Source: a virus
Taxonomy: Duplodnaviria > Caudoviricetes
IMG/VR virus record: IMGVR_UViG_3300031953_000037
Location: 1 to 43,198 of that record
Strand: one strand, 5' to 3'
DNA: 43,198 bases
Below the pieces are notes generated by a model. It did no database searches. It saw only the letters and a program-made list of their open reading frames with translations, and was not told the DNA's origin. A program made the position numbers and the translations under genes. This document shows, piece after piece, positions 36,334 through 43,198 of the stretch (its first letter is position 1; the number at the start of each line of letters is the position of its first letter).

Positions 36334-37535
36334 TGGGCCTCGTCTATGGATCCGTCTGTTCGGGCATCGAGGCCGCGTCGGTCGCCTGGCATCCACTCGG
36401 CTGGCGGGCATCCTTCCTGTCCGAAATCGAAGCCTTCCCCCGCGCGGTCCTGGCGCATCACTACCCGGAGACCCCGCTGCATGGCGACTTCACGACGATC
36501 GAGGCCGGTCAATACGAGCCAATCGACCTTCTGGTCGGAGGAACACCTTGCCAGTCTTTCAGCATCGCCGGCCTCAGAGGCGGATTGGACGATGACCGCG
36601 GTAACCTGGCCCTCGAATATCTTAGGCTGGCTGACCGACTGCGGCCCCGATGGCTGGTTTGGGAGAACGTCCCCGGCGTCCTGTCGTCGAACGGAGGACG
36701 GGACTTTGGAGCCATTCTCGGGGGCATGGTCGAACTCGGGTACGGGTTCGCCTACCGAGTGCTTGACGCTAAGCACCTTGGAGTTCCCCAGCAGCGCCGT
36801 CGCGTCTTCGCTGTCGCATATTTTGGAGACTGGCGACGTGCCGCTGCGGTACTTTTTGAGCGCCAAAGCCTGTCTGGGCATTCTGCGCCGCGCCGCGAAG
36901 AGGAATCGGTCGTTGCCGCCCTCACTGCAAATGGCGTTGGAACGTGTGGCGCAGACGACAACCAGGGACAAGCCGGACATCTAATCCCGGCTGGGATTGG
37001 AACCGATGGGCAAACCGCGAGGTCGCTCACGGCGAGCCACACGGCGAGCCACACGGCGACCGGACGGCTTGATCCGAACGAATGCACCCTGATCGCCTTC
37101 AGCGCAAAAGACCACGGCGCCGACGCGATGTCGGATCTATCGCCCACGCTTAGGGCGGGCGGTCACAGCAAGAGCCACGCGAACGCTGGCGTCATGCCGG
37201 CCATCGCTTTCGCCCTTCGTGGACGAGAGACCGGAGCGGTGCCGGAAGTCATGGGTGATGGTGAGGTTGTGGGCGCTCTGCGGGCGGCCAGCGGCGGATC
37301 CAGCCGGGATTACATTGCCACCATGGGTGTCCGGCGCCTGACGCCCCGCGAGTGCGAGCGCCTTCAGGGATTCCCCGACGACTACACGGCCATCCAGATG
37401 CGCGGAAAGCCCGCTGCGGACGGTCCCCGATACAAAGCCCTCGGCAACTCGATGGCGGTTCCTGTGATGGCCTGGATCGGCCAGCGCATCGCCGACGTGG
37501 ACGCCATCCCCCTCCAACAGCGAGCCGCCGCATGA
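36333..37535 (+). CDS. DNA (cytosine-5) methyltransferase
   Basis: SVCSGIE, GGTPCQ, WENVPG, PQ.RRRVF, RRLTPRECERLQGFPD, LGNSMAV. Confidence 0.93.
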   Translation: MGLVYGSVCSGIEAASVAWHPLGWRASFLSEIEAFPRAVLAHHYPETPLHGDFTTIEAGQYEPIDLLVGGTPCQSFSIAGLRGGLDDDRGNLALEYLRLADRLRPRWLVWENVPGVLSSNGGRDFGAILGGMVELGYGFAYRVLDAKHLGVPQQRRRVFAVAYFGDWRRAAAVLFERQSLSGHSAPRREEESVVAALTANGVGTCGADDNQGQAGHLIPAGIGTDGQTARSLTASHTASHTATGRLDPNECTLIAFSAKDHGADAMSDLSPTLRAGGHSKSHANAGVMPAIAFALRGRETGAVPEVMGDGEVVGALRAASGGSSRDYIATMGVRRLTPRECERLQGFPDDYTAIQMRGKPAADGPRYKALGNSMAVPVMAWIGQRIADVDAIPLQQRAAA

Positions 37536-38128
37536 GCCCGACCCCGCAAACCCCGCCGACCGACCGGCCTCTGACGGCTGGTGACGTTCCTCTGCTGCGG
37601 GAGGGGGATGTGTTGCGGTGCACGAACCCTCACACGCGCGCGCATCTTGAAGGCGAAGAATACGCTTTCGGCAAGCGGACCCATAACGCGCCGGGTTCTG
37701 GAAACGACATCGTTATGAAGGGGGACCGACACGGCACATGGAGCGGCATCTTCACCTTCGTATCCCGCCCAGCAACGTCAGCAGCGAGCGAGGGGGAGAC
37801 GATTGAACGCCGCTTCCCGGCGCTTAACGACCACCTTATCCGTATGGCGCATACCGGCAGCACGGGCTCGCTCTATGAATGGGGCGACTTCTTCGACTGC
37901 CTGAAAGCCGCCCTCGCATCCCCGCCCGTCTCAGAACGGGAGAGGGAGTTGGAGGGGGCTTTGCGGGAGGCGCGGACAACCCTCTCTATGCTGCGCCGAA
38001 ACGTCGCCAGCGAGATCAAGAACCACGACGGGCTGTTCCGCTGGGAGGGCGTCCCCGAGGCCATCGACAGCCGCGTATCGGACATCGACCGAGCCCTCAC
38101 CGCCCAACCCGCAGGAGAGGGGAAGTGA
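37532..38128 (+). CDS. Modular hypothetical protein
   Basis: ATGA coupling at 37532; segments joined by AALASPP / RALTAQP linkers. Confidence 0.6.
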   Translation: MSPTPQTPPTDRPLTAGDVPLLREGDVLRCTNPHTRAHLEGEEYAFGKRTHNAPGSGNDIVMKGDRHGTWSGIFTFVSRPATSAASEGETIERRFPALNDHLIRMAHTGSTGSLYEWGDFFDCLKAALASPPVSERERELEGALREARTTLSMLRRNVASEIKNHDGLFRWEGVPEAIDSRVSDIDRALTAQPAGEGK

Positions 38129-38313
38129 GCGTCCTGCGCCCGAACTATCGCCGCGCCCGCGAACTCGCGTCTGAGATCGAAGACGCGATGGCCGACAAAG
38201 AGGCCGCCGAAGCAGCGGGAAACTTCAGTCAAGTTCAAGAACTGAACGAACTCCTGCACGAACTTCAACACGCCATGTTCCTGACTGGCGTCACATCGGA
38301 ATACGAGCTGTGA
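38125..38313 (+). CDS. Small acidic helical protein
   Basis: GGAGAGG RBS; GTGA overlaps at both ends. Confidence 0.6.
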   Translation: MSVLRPNYRRARELASEIEDAMADKEAAEAAGNFSQVQELNELLHELQHAMFLTGVTSEYEL

Positions 38314-38519
38314 GCGCTTGGTTCAAGGATCGGCGGCAGGAGTTCATCGCCGCGACGCTTCGCCAGTTTGGGCAGATCAGGCGGGCCGATCTGATGCGCG
38401 AGTTTGACATAAGCCAGCCCCAAGCCAGTAACGACATTTCCGCCTTCATGGCCGCTGATCCGCCCCACGTTCGATACGACGTGAGCGCCAAGGCCTATAT
38501 TTTTGAGGAGCCCGTCTGA
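38310..38519 (+). CDS. Stand-alone winged HTH resembling the N-terminal DNA-binding domain of CapW/BrxR-type WYL repressors
   Basis: RQEFI...L...G.IRRADLM.EF.IS.PQAS.DI..F....P....YD.SAKAY; 69 aa, no WYL domain. Confidence 0.7.
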   Translation: MSAWFKDRRQEFIAATLRQFGQIRRADLMREFDISQPQASNDISAFMAADPPHVRYDVSAKAYIFEEPV

Positions 38520-39034
38520 TGGCTGATGCAATGAAGCTGCTGCTAGAAGAGGCGCGCGATCTTCTGCTGGAACGCCGCCACGGCAACCCCGCAAGGTCGG
38601 CCGGTCACAATGCGCGCCTAGTGATCGAAGAAGCCCTCAAGATCGCCGCCTCCCCGCCAGCCCGCGAGGAAGCCCCAGCCGAGGGGGCGGGGGACTTGTA
38701 CGAGCGCGCTAAGGTCTTTGCGACGCGCGACAAGCCTTCCACCTCCTACCTCCAGCGTCGTCTCCAGATCGGCTACAATCAGGCGGCTGAGCTGATTGAG
38801 CGGATGGAATCCGAGGGGCTTATCAGTCGCCGTAATCACGCCGGGATGCGAACGATCCTTGTTCCGTACCTGGGCCGACTCGCTCCATCCGCGCGGGATA
38901 GGCGTCCTATGACCGATACGGAAATCCGCCAGTGGATCGACGCCTGCAACCATGAGCCCGGCCGCCAAGTGCTTCGGGACTATCTCGCCCTCCGCAACCG
39001 CACGTCGGAGCCGGAAGCGGGGGCTGTAAAATGA
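38519..39034 (+). CDS. Modular protein containing an FtsK gamma (KOPS-binding) domain
   Basis: DLYERAK....STSYLQRRLQIGYNQAAELIERMESEGLIS..NHAG.R.IL. Confidence 0.85.
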   Translation: MADAMKLLLEEARDLLLERRHGNPARSAGHNARLVIEEALKIAASPPAREEAPAEGAGDLYERAKVFATRDKPSTSYLQRRLQIGYNQAAELIERMESEGLISRRNHAGMRTILVPYLGRLAPSARDRRPMTDTEIRQWIDACNHEPGRQVLRDYLALRNRTSEPEAGAVK

Positions 39035-39501
39035 ATAGGGCTCGCAGGCGGACTTTAGAAAACTTCCTTCCCGAAATACCATCACGCATACAAATGGATG
39101 CAGTTGGTGGGTGCTGGCTTTGGGAGGGGGTTACCGACCGAATTGGGTACGGGAAGGTCAAGTTCAACAAAAAGACGGTCTCCGCACACCGCGCATCGTT
39201 CCTAGCACACGGAGGATCACTAACGCCTGGTCAATGCGTTTTACATTCCTGCGATGTTCCTCAGTGCATTAATCCATCACACCTAAGAGCGGGGTCGCTG
39301 GTGGAAAACGCACGCGAAGCTGCTGCGCGAGGTCGCCTTAGACCACGGGGCCGAATCACCGACCAAGAGAAACACCACGTTCTACGCCTCAAAGACGAGG
39401 GGTTTAGCCAGACAAAGATTGCCTCCCAAGTAGGTATCGATGTCTCCACAGTCAGAAAGATCGTAACGCTAATGACCGCCCTGAATGAGCAGCCCCAATG
39501 A
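39031..39501 (+). CDS. HNH homing endonuclease with C-terminal HTH
   Basis: CWLW.G, GYG, AHRAS, VLHSCD.P.C.NP.HL; visibly AT-richer than flanks. Confidence 0.9.
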   Translation: MNRARRRTLENFLPEIPSRIQMDAVGGCWLWEGVTDRIGYGKVKFNKKTVSAHRASFLAHGGSLTPGQCVLHSCDVPQCINPSHLRAGSLVENAREAAARGRLRPRGRITDQEKHHVLRLKDEGFSQTKIASQVGIDVSTVRKIVTLMTALNEQPQ

Positions 39502-40220
39502 CCGCCGTGGATCACGCCGAGCTGAAGCGGGTGGAAGGCGAAGGTAAGAGCCCCGTCTATACCGCCGCATACGACACCATCAGGAAGGGCGCGCCTGGGC
39601 TCAGTGACGCCACTTGTTCCGTCCTTGCCGTGTCCATCAATATGAAGGTCGCTATCAAGGTCACAGCCCCCCTCCTGTCCGAGATCGAAGGGCTGAAGGC
39701 TGCTCTGAAGAAATCCAATGCGGGGTTCGAGGAATACGAGCGCAAATTCTATCTAGCCACCGATGACGTTGATCGTCTCAAGCTGGCGATCTGCGGCGGG
39801 GAGGACGTGCCCGGTTCGATCAACGCCGTGTCGGTCGAGGACTGCGAACGGTTCATCACAGAGGAACGCGGGCGTCACATCGATACCGAGGCTAGGCTTG
39901 AGTACGTTAGGGCTTCCAGAGACGGCGCTGCTGGACGCGCACATGACCTCTACATGGCTCTCGCTGAGGTCAAGGAACAGGTCGTAACATATCCGCTGAG
40001 CGACAACTCGACCTGTATGTGCGGGGCTCCGCTTGGGGGTCATAACGTCGGCAGCGGTCACGCGCCGGTAAGTCTGGCCGACCACGCAATCAGCCTGATT
40101 GTTGAAGCTATCGACAAGGCGCTTCGTTTCGGTGCGCCGACTGATGGTCGCCCTGACGATTACGAAGGTCCCGATGTCGGGATGCACGACACCGAAATCT
40201 CGGAGCGCGACGATGACTGA
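39498..40220 (+). CDS. Modular hypothetical protein
   Basis: Coupled ORF; CMCG...H...H segment; shares a 33-bp repeat with the next gene. Confidence 0.6.
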   Translation: MTAVDHAELKRVEGEGKSPVYTAAYDTIRKGAPGLSDATCSVLAVSINMKVAIKVTAPLLSEIEGLKAALKKSNAGFEEYERKFYLATDDVDRLKLAICGGEDVPGSINAVSVEDCERFITEERGRHIDTEARLEYVRASRDGAAGRAHDLYMALAEVKEQVVTYPLSDNSTCMCGAPLGGHNVGSGHAPVSLADHAISLIVEAIDKALRFGAPTDGRPDDYEGPDVGMHDTEISERDDD

Positions 40221-40611
40221 GGCCCTTTACGCCCTCCTGTCCGAGATCGAAGGGCTGAAGGCTGAGCGGGATGTTGTGGCCGAAATCGCAGAAGAGCGGG
40301 AACGTCAGAGGTCCACTGAAGGATGGATGACAGCCCATGACGACGAGCATGACCGATACCAAATGGCTCAGGCCGCAGCCACTTATGCGCTCGCTGCGGC
40401 ATGGCCTGACGAGGCTGAGCGGTACGTCATGGACTACCGTGGCGAGGGGCAATGCGGCGGCGATCACCAGTCTACGCCCTACGAGCTATTCAAGCACTGG
40501 CCGTGGTCAGAGACGTGGTGGAAGCCGAAAAATCGTCGCCGTGATCTGGTCCGCGCAGGCGCTCTGATTGTCGCTGAAATCGAACGCTTGGACCGGAAGG
40601 CCGCGAAATGA
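40213..40611 (+). CDS. Conserved phage protein
   Basis: ER.RQ...EGW...HDD.H and WPW...WWKP..RRRDLVRAGALI.AEIERLDR; start placed at 40213. Confidence 0.7.
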   Translation: MTEALYALLSEIEGLKAERDVVAEIAEERERQRSTEGWMTAHDDEHDRYQMAQAAATYALAAAWPDEAERYVMDYRGEGQCGGDHQSTPYELFKHWPWSETWWKPKNRRRDLVRAGALIVAEIERLDRKAAK

Positions 40612-41039
40612 CCTTGTACCGCAAGACCGCGCTCGTCAGCGCAGAGCAATTCCTGCCATCCGAGGGCAAAATCCCGGAGGGTGTATTCTCTGACGGGCTC
40701 TCCGATCCTCGCAGATCAACCGCCGAATGGTGTCTTCAAACCCTGGAGGGGCGGCACACGCTCCGCAACGGCGACTACATCTGCACCGGCCCGAACGGTG
40801 AGAAATGGAACGTTGAACAATCCATTTTCGAGGCGACCTATGAACTCGCCGCCCTCCGCACCCAGGCCCCGGATAGCTGGAGGCCGGACAGGGAGGCGGT
40901 GCGAAAGGCTGTTCTCGCGATGGAAGCGACAATCGTGTGGGACAAGGAACGCAAATACAAGATGCCGTATCGTGTCCGCGATCCGCTTTACGCGGCCTGT
41001 GCCGCCCTTCGCCCCCAGACAGCGGAGAGCGGGAAGTGA
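40608..41039 (+). CDS. PGDYG-like phage protein
   Basis: YRK...V.A.Q; TLEG......GDYI..G..GE......IF..TYE. Confidence 0.7.
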   Translation: MTLYRKTALVSAEQFLPSEGKIPEGVFSDGLSDPRRSTAEWCLQTLEGRHTLRNGDYICTGPNGEKWNVEQSIFEATYELAALRTQAPDSWRPDREAVRKAVLAMEATIVWDKERKYKMPYRVRDPLYAACAALRPQTAESGK

Positions 41040-41317
41040 GCGACACAACCGCATATTTCGAGGCCGCTTATCCTGATCCCGACTGCGGATGCCCCGTCGA
41101 GGAATGGGTCGTCTGCGGCATCACCATGCAGATCCATTTCGAGCCAGACGGAACGATGGAGGTCTTTGCGGACGCCGGGGAATGGGAGTGCGAAGTACCG
41201 CTCAAAGCCAAGTCGATGAGCGAAGGCCGAGACGAGGCATTCGCCTGGGCTCGCGGTCTTCCGACCGAGGAAGAACTCGCCGCCCGTTCCGCCCTCACAG
41301 GGAGCGCACAGGGATGA
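41036..41317 (+). CDS. Acidic hypothetical protein
   Basis: GGAGAG RBS; GTGA overlap. Confidence 0.6.
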   Translation: MSDTTAYFEAAYPDPDCGCPVEEWVVCGITMQIHFEPDGTMEVFADAGEWECEVPLKAKSMSEGRDEAFAWARGLPTEEELAARSALTGSAQG

Positions 41318-41326
41318 GTGGGATGC

Positions 41327-41361
41327 TTGCGGCTTGTAGATACGCGGTGTAGATACAGAGC
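41327..41361 (+). promoter_or_regulatory. Promoter with a tandem TGTAGATAC operator
   Basis: TTGCGG-N17-TAGATA-N6-ATG; TGTAGATAC at 41335-41343 and 41348-41356. Confidence 0.65.
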
Positions 41362-41829
41362 ATGGCACGAAAACCATTTCCCATCCGCCTCGATACGACT
41401 GTGATCGAGAAGATCGACGCGCTCTCGAAAAGCCTTGGCATCCCCAAGAGCCAGATCGTTGACGACGCCCTTGATCAACACCTCGACAAGCTCAAGAGCT
41501 ACGAGGAAATGGACAAGCGAACCCCGAAGCAAGTGAAGGCCGATCGCGCGCGGATCGTGAAAGCGTTGAGCGCGCCCGACCCGGCCCTTGGTGACGTGAC
41601 GTGGAAGCCCGGCCCTGATGCACCGAACAAGCTGACGCCAGGCGGCATCACCTACGTCGATGGCTTCTCTGATGCTGCTGTCGTCGCCGGCCGGATGAAG
41701 GCTGAAGCCAAGGTCCGCACCCAGCCCAAGGTCAAGCATTTGAAGCCGACTGACGATCTGCGCTCAGGCCTGGGACAAACCCGTACAGTGAGGGGGTATG
41801 CCAGCGATGGTAGCCCGATCTATCGGTGA
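41362..41829 (+). CDS. Ribbon-helix-helix DNA-binding protein with C-terminal extension
   Basis: RKPFPIRLD..VIEKIDALSKSLGIPKSQIVDDALD. Confidence 0.8.
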   Translation: MARKPFPIRLDTTVIEKIDALSKSLGIPKSQIVDDALDQHLDKLKSYEEMDKRTPKQVKADRARIVKALSAPDPALGDVTWKPGPDAPNKLTPGGITYVDGFSDAAVVAGRMKAEAKVRTQPKVKHLKPTDDLRSGLGQTRTVRGYASDGSPIYR

Positions 41830-42113
41830 GCCCGGCACTTGAGAAGGCAGCGAGGGCTGCTGCTGACGCTGATGCCAAGCTGAGCAACGGCCCGTCGCTC
41901 TATGCGAACTGCCCCGCTGTTTACGACGCCATCGCCCGCGCCGTCCTTCTTGCGATCAGGGAGCCTGACGACAAGGCCGTGATGGCTGGCGCTGAGTGCG
42001 TGTGGGATGAGCCGGGGCGCTGGAGCCAAACGCCACCACAGTCTGAACAGGACGAAGCACGAAACGCCTTTACCGCCATGATCGACGCGGTTCTGGGCGA
42101 GAAGCCCGCATGA
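41826..42113 (+). CDS. Hypothetical protein
   Basis: ARAVL.AIREP; F.AMIDA.L motif common in phage ORFs. Confidence 0.65.
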   Translation: MSPALEKAARAAADADAKLSNGPSLYANCPAVYDAIARAVLLAIREPDDKAVMAGAECVWDEPGRWSQTPPQSEQDEARNAFTAMIDAVLGEKPA

Positions 42114-42346
42114 CCAAGCAGGACCACATCGACGCCTTCGCCGATAAGCACGCGCTCTGCTGCGCCGGCTGCGACTTCTGGCGCTGGATCAACAGTGTGG
42201 TGGGCGAGTGCGTTCGCCATGCTCCAAATCCGGCCCATGACGCTGCTGCTGGCCTTGGCATCCACGGCTTCAGTGCTGGCCCTGTCTCGTCGATGCTGGT
42301 GAAGCGTGACCATTGGTGCGGCGACTTTGTAGATACGCCACGATGA
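42110..42346 (+). CDS. Cys-rich small protein
   Basis: CCAGCDFW, GEC.R.AP, HWCGDF. Confidence 0.65.
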   Translation: MTKQDHIDAFADKHALCCAGCDFWRWINSVVGECVRHAPNPAHDAAAGLGIHGFSAGPVSSMLVKRDHWCGDFVDTPR

Positions 42347-42867
42347 CCGACAAGCCTAAGACCCTCAACGCTCGACAGGAAGCGTTCTGCCAGTCGTATG
42401 CGCGATCTGCCAATGCCACCCAGGCCGCGAAGGATGCGGGATACAGCCAAAAGACGGCGTATGCTCAAGGTTTCCGCCTGCTGAAAGATGCTGAAATCCT
42501 ATCTCGCGTGAGGGATATTAGCCAAGAGCGGTTTCGTGCGGCCCATATGACGCCCGACGAGACCCTGGCGCTGATCGCCAAGCGGTCGCGGTTCAGCCTC
42601 AAGGGCATGGTCAAACTGATGGACGGTGTGCCCGTGGTCGATCTGGAGAACGCGACCGACGAACAGCTTGAGTGCTTGTCCGAAGCCTCCATGTCCGAGA
42701 CCGGCGTGCTGAAGGTGAAGGGACCAAACGTCGATGCCTCCCTGACCACGATGGCCCGTATCCAAGGGCTGTTGAAGGACAAGGTTGAGGTGTCGGTCGA
42801 CAGCGACTTCGCGGCCAAGATGGCGGCTGCATTTGCGCGGGCACGTCCCGCTGAGGGAGAAGAGTGA
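42343..42867 (+). CDS. terS: Terminase small subunit
   Basis: LN.RQE.FC..Y....NATQAA..AGYS.KTA..QG.RLL; start 42343. Confidence 0.9.
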   Translation: MTDKPKTLNARQEAFCQSYARSANATQAAKDAGYSQKTAYAQGFRLLKDAEILSRVRDISQERFRAAHMTPDETLALIAKRSRFSLKGMVKLMDGVPVVDLENATDEQLECLSEASMSETGVLKVKGPNVDASLTTMARIQGLLKDKVEVSVDSDFAAKMAAAFARARPAEGEE

Positions 42868-43079
42868 TGGACAAGAGCGACCTGACCGACGATCTGCGCG
42901 GGCCGGCCGAGATCAAGGCGGCGTGCCTGGTGGCGGTATTTGATGCGTGGGGAAATCGCCTTGGAGACGATGGCACGGAAAGCGCGGTCAACGCCGTCCT
43001 AGACACGATCATCGCGCACAGCCAGTCCCCCCGCACGGTTGACGAGCTGGTCAGGATCAGGGGGCCAATCTCGGATTGA
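42867..43079 (+). CDS. Hypothetical protein
   Basis: Coupled to the terS stop. Confidence 0.55.
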   Translation: MDKSDLTDDLRGPAEIKAACLVAVFDAWGNRLGDDGTESAVNAVLDTIIAHSQSPRTVDELVRIRGPISD

Positions 43080-43105
43080 CCAACGCTCCACAGTCTGTTG
43101 ATAGT
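43076..43105 (+). promoter_or_regulatory. Sigma70-like promoter
   Basis: TTGACC-N18-GATAGT upstream of the RBS for ORF 15. Confidence 0.5.
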
Positions 43106-43124
43106 GTCGGGCGCTCGTGGGGAG

Positions 43125-43198
43125 CGACGGAGAGACAGATGACCAAGGAAGAACACGACGCGCTGCGGGCTCAGACCGTGGCGGATATGCACGCGATG
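43125..43198. repeat. Terminal direct repeat, copy 2
   Basis: Identical to 1-74. Confidence 0.95.

Noticed and set aside
36222-36984. Long alternative-frame ORFs over the methyltransferase (252 aa minus, 212 aa plus)
   Set aside because: Shadow frames of a conserved GC-rich gene; no RBS or recognisable motifs
1-43198. tRNA genes, introns, alternative genetic code
   Set aside because: No cloverleaf or intron-sized gaps seen; core genes are intact under code 11 and all three stop codons are used

Overview
The window looks like a complete, circularly assembled genome (about 43.1 kb; bases 1-74 are repeated exactly at 43125-43198) of a GC-rich short-tailed phage with a BPP-1/epsilon15-like virion module. 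Gene order on the + strand: TerL, portal, scaffold, major capsid, cement protein, a two-gene head-spike module resembling RcGTA Rcc01079/01080, tail adaptor, a tail nozzle split into two genes, T7-like internal virion proteins (one with an SLT domain, one of 2051 aa), a lysis cassette (several membrane proteins, GH19 endolysin, Rz/Rz1), an HNH gene and a beta-helix tailspike. A leftward early operon (NUMOD4-HNH, NinB-like, YqaJ exonuclease, ERF recombinase) diverges from a rightward operon (XRE HTH, LexA-N, VRR-NUC, replication initiator with internal iterons, DnaA-C, HNH, C5 methyltransferase, many small modular ORFs, RHH regulator, TerS). I found no integrase, ParA, CI-type peptidase repressor, DNA polymerase, reverse transcriptase, tRNA or CRISPR array. 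An alphaproteobacterial host (Caulobacter/Brevundimonas/Sphingomonas-like) is inferred, not shown. Main leads: (1) stand-alone DNA-binding domains resembling host regulators, notably a CapW/BrxR-type wHTH lacking its WYL sensor, next to an FtsK-gamma domain; (2) a covarying GNRA hairpin motif found three times before late genes; (3) a hairpin-gated leader peptide coupled to the replication initiator; (4) a TGTAGATAC box shared by the RHH gene and terS; (5) the split nozzle. All family calls come from motif recognition by eye; no database search was run.
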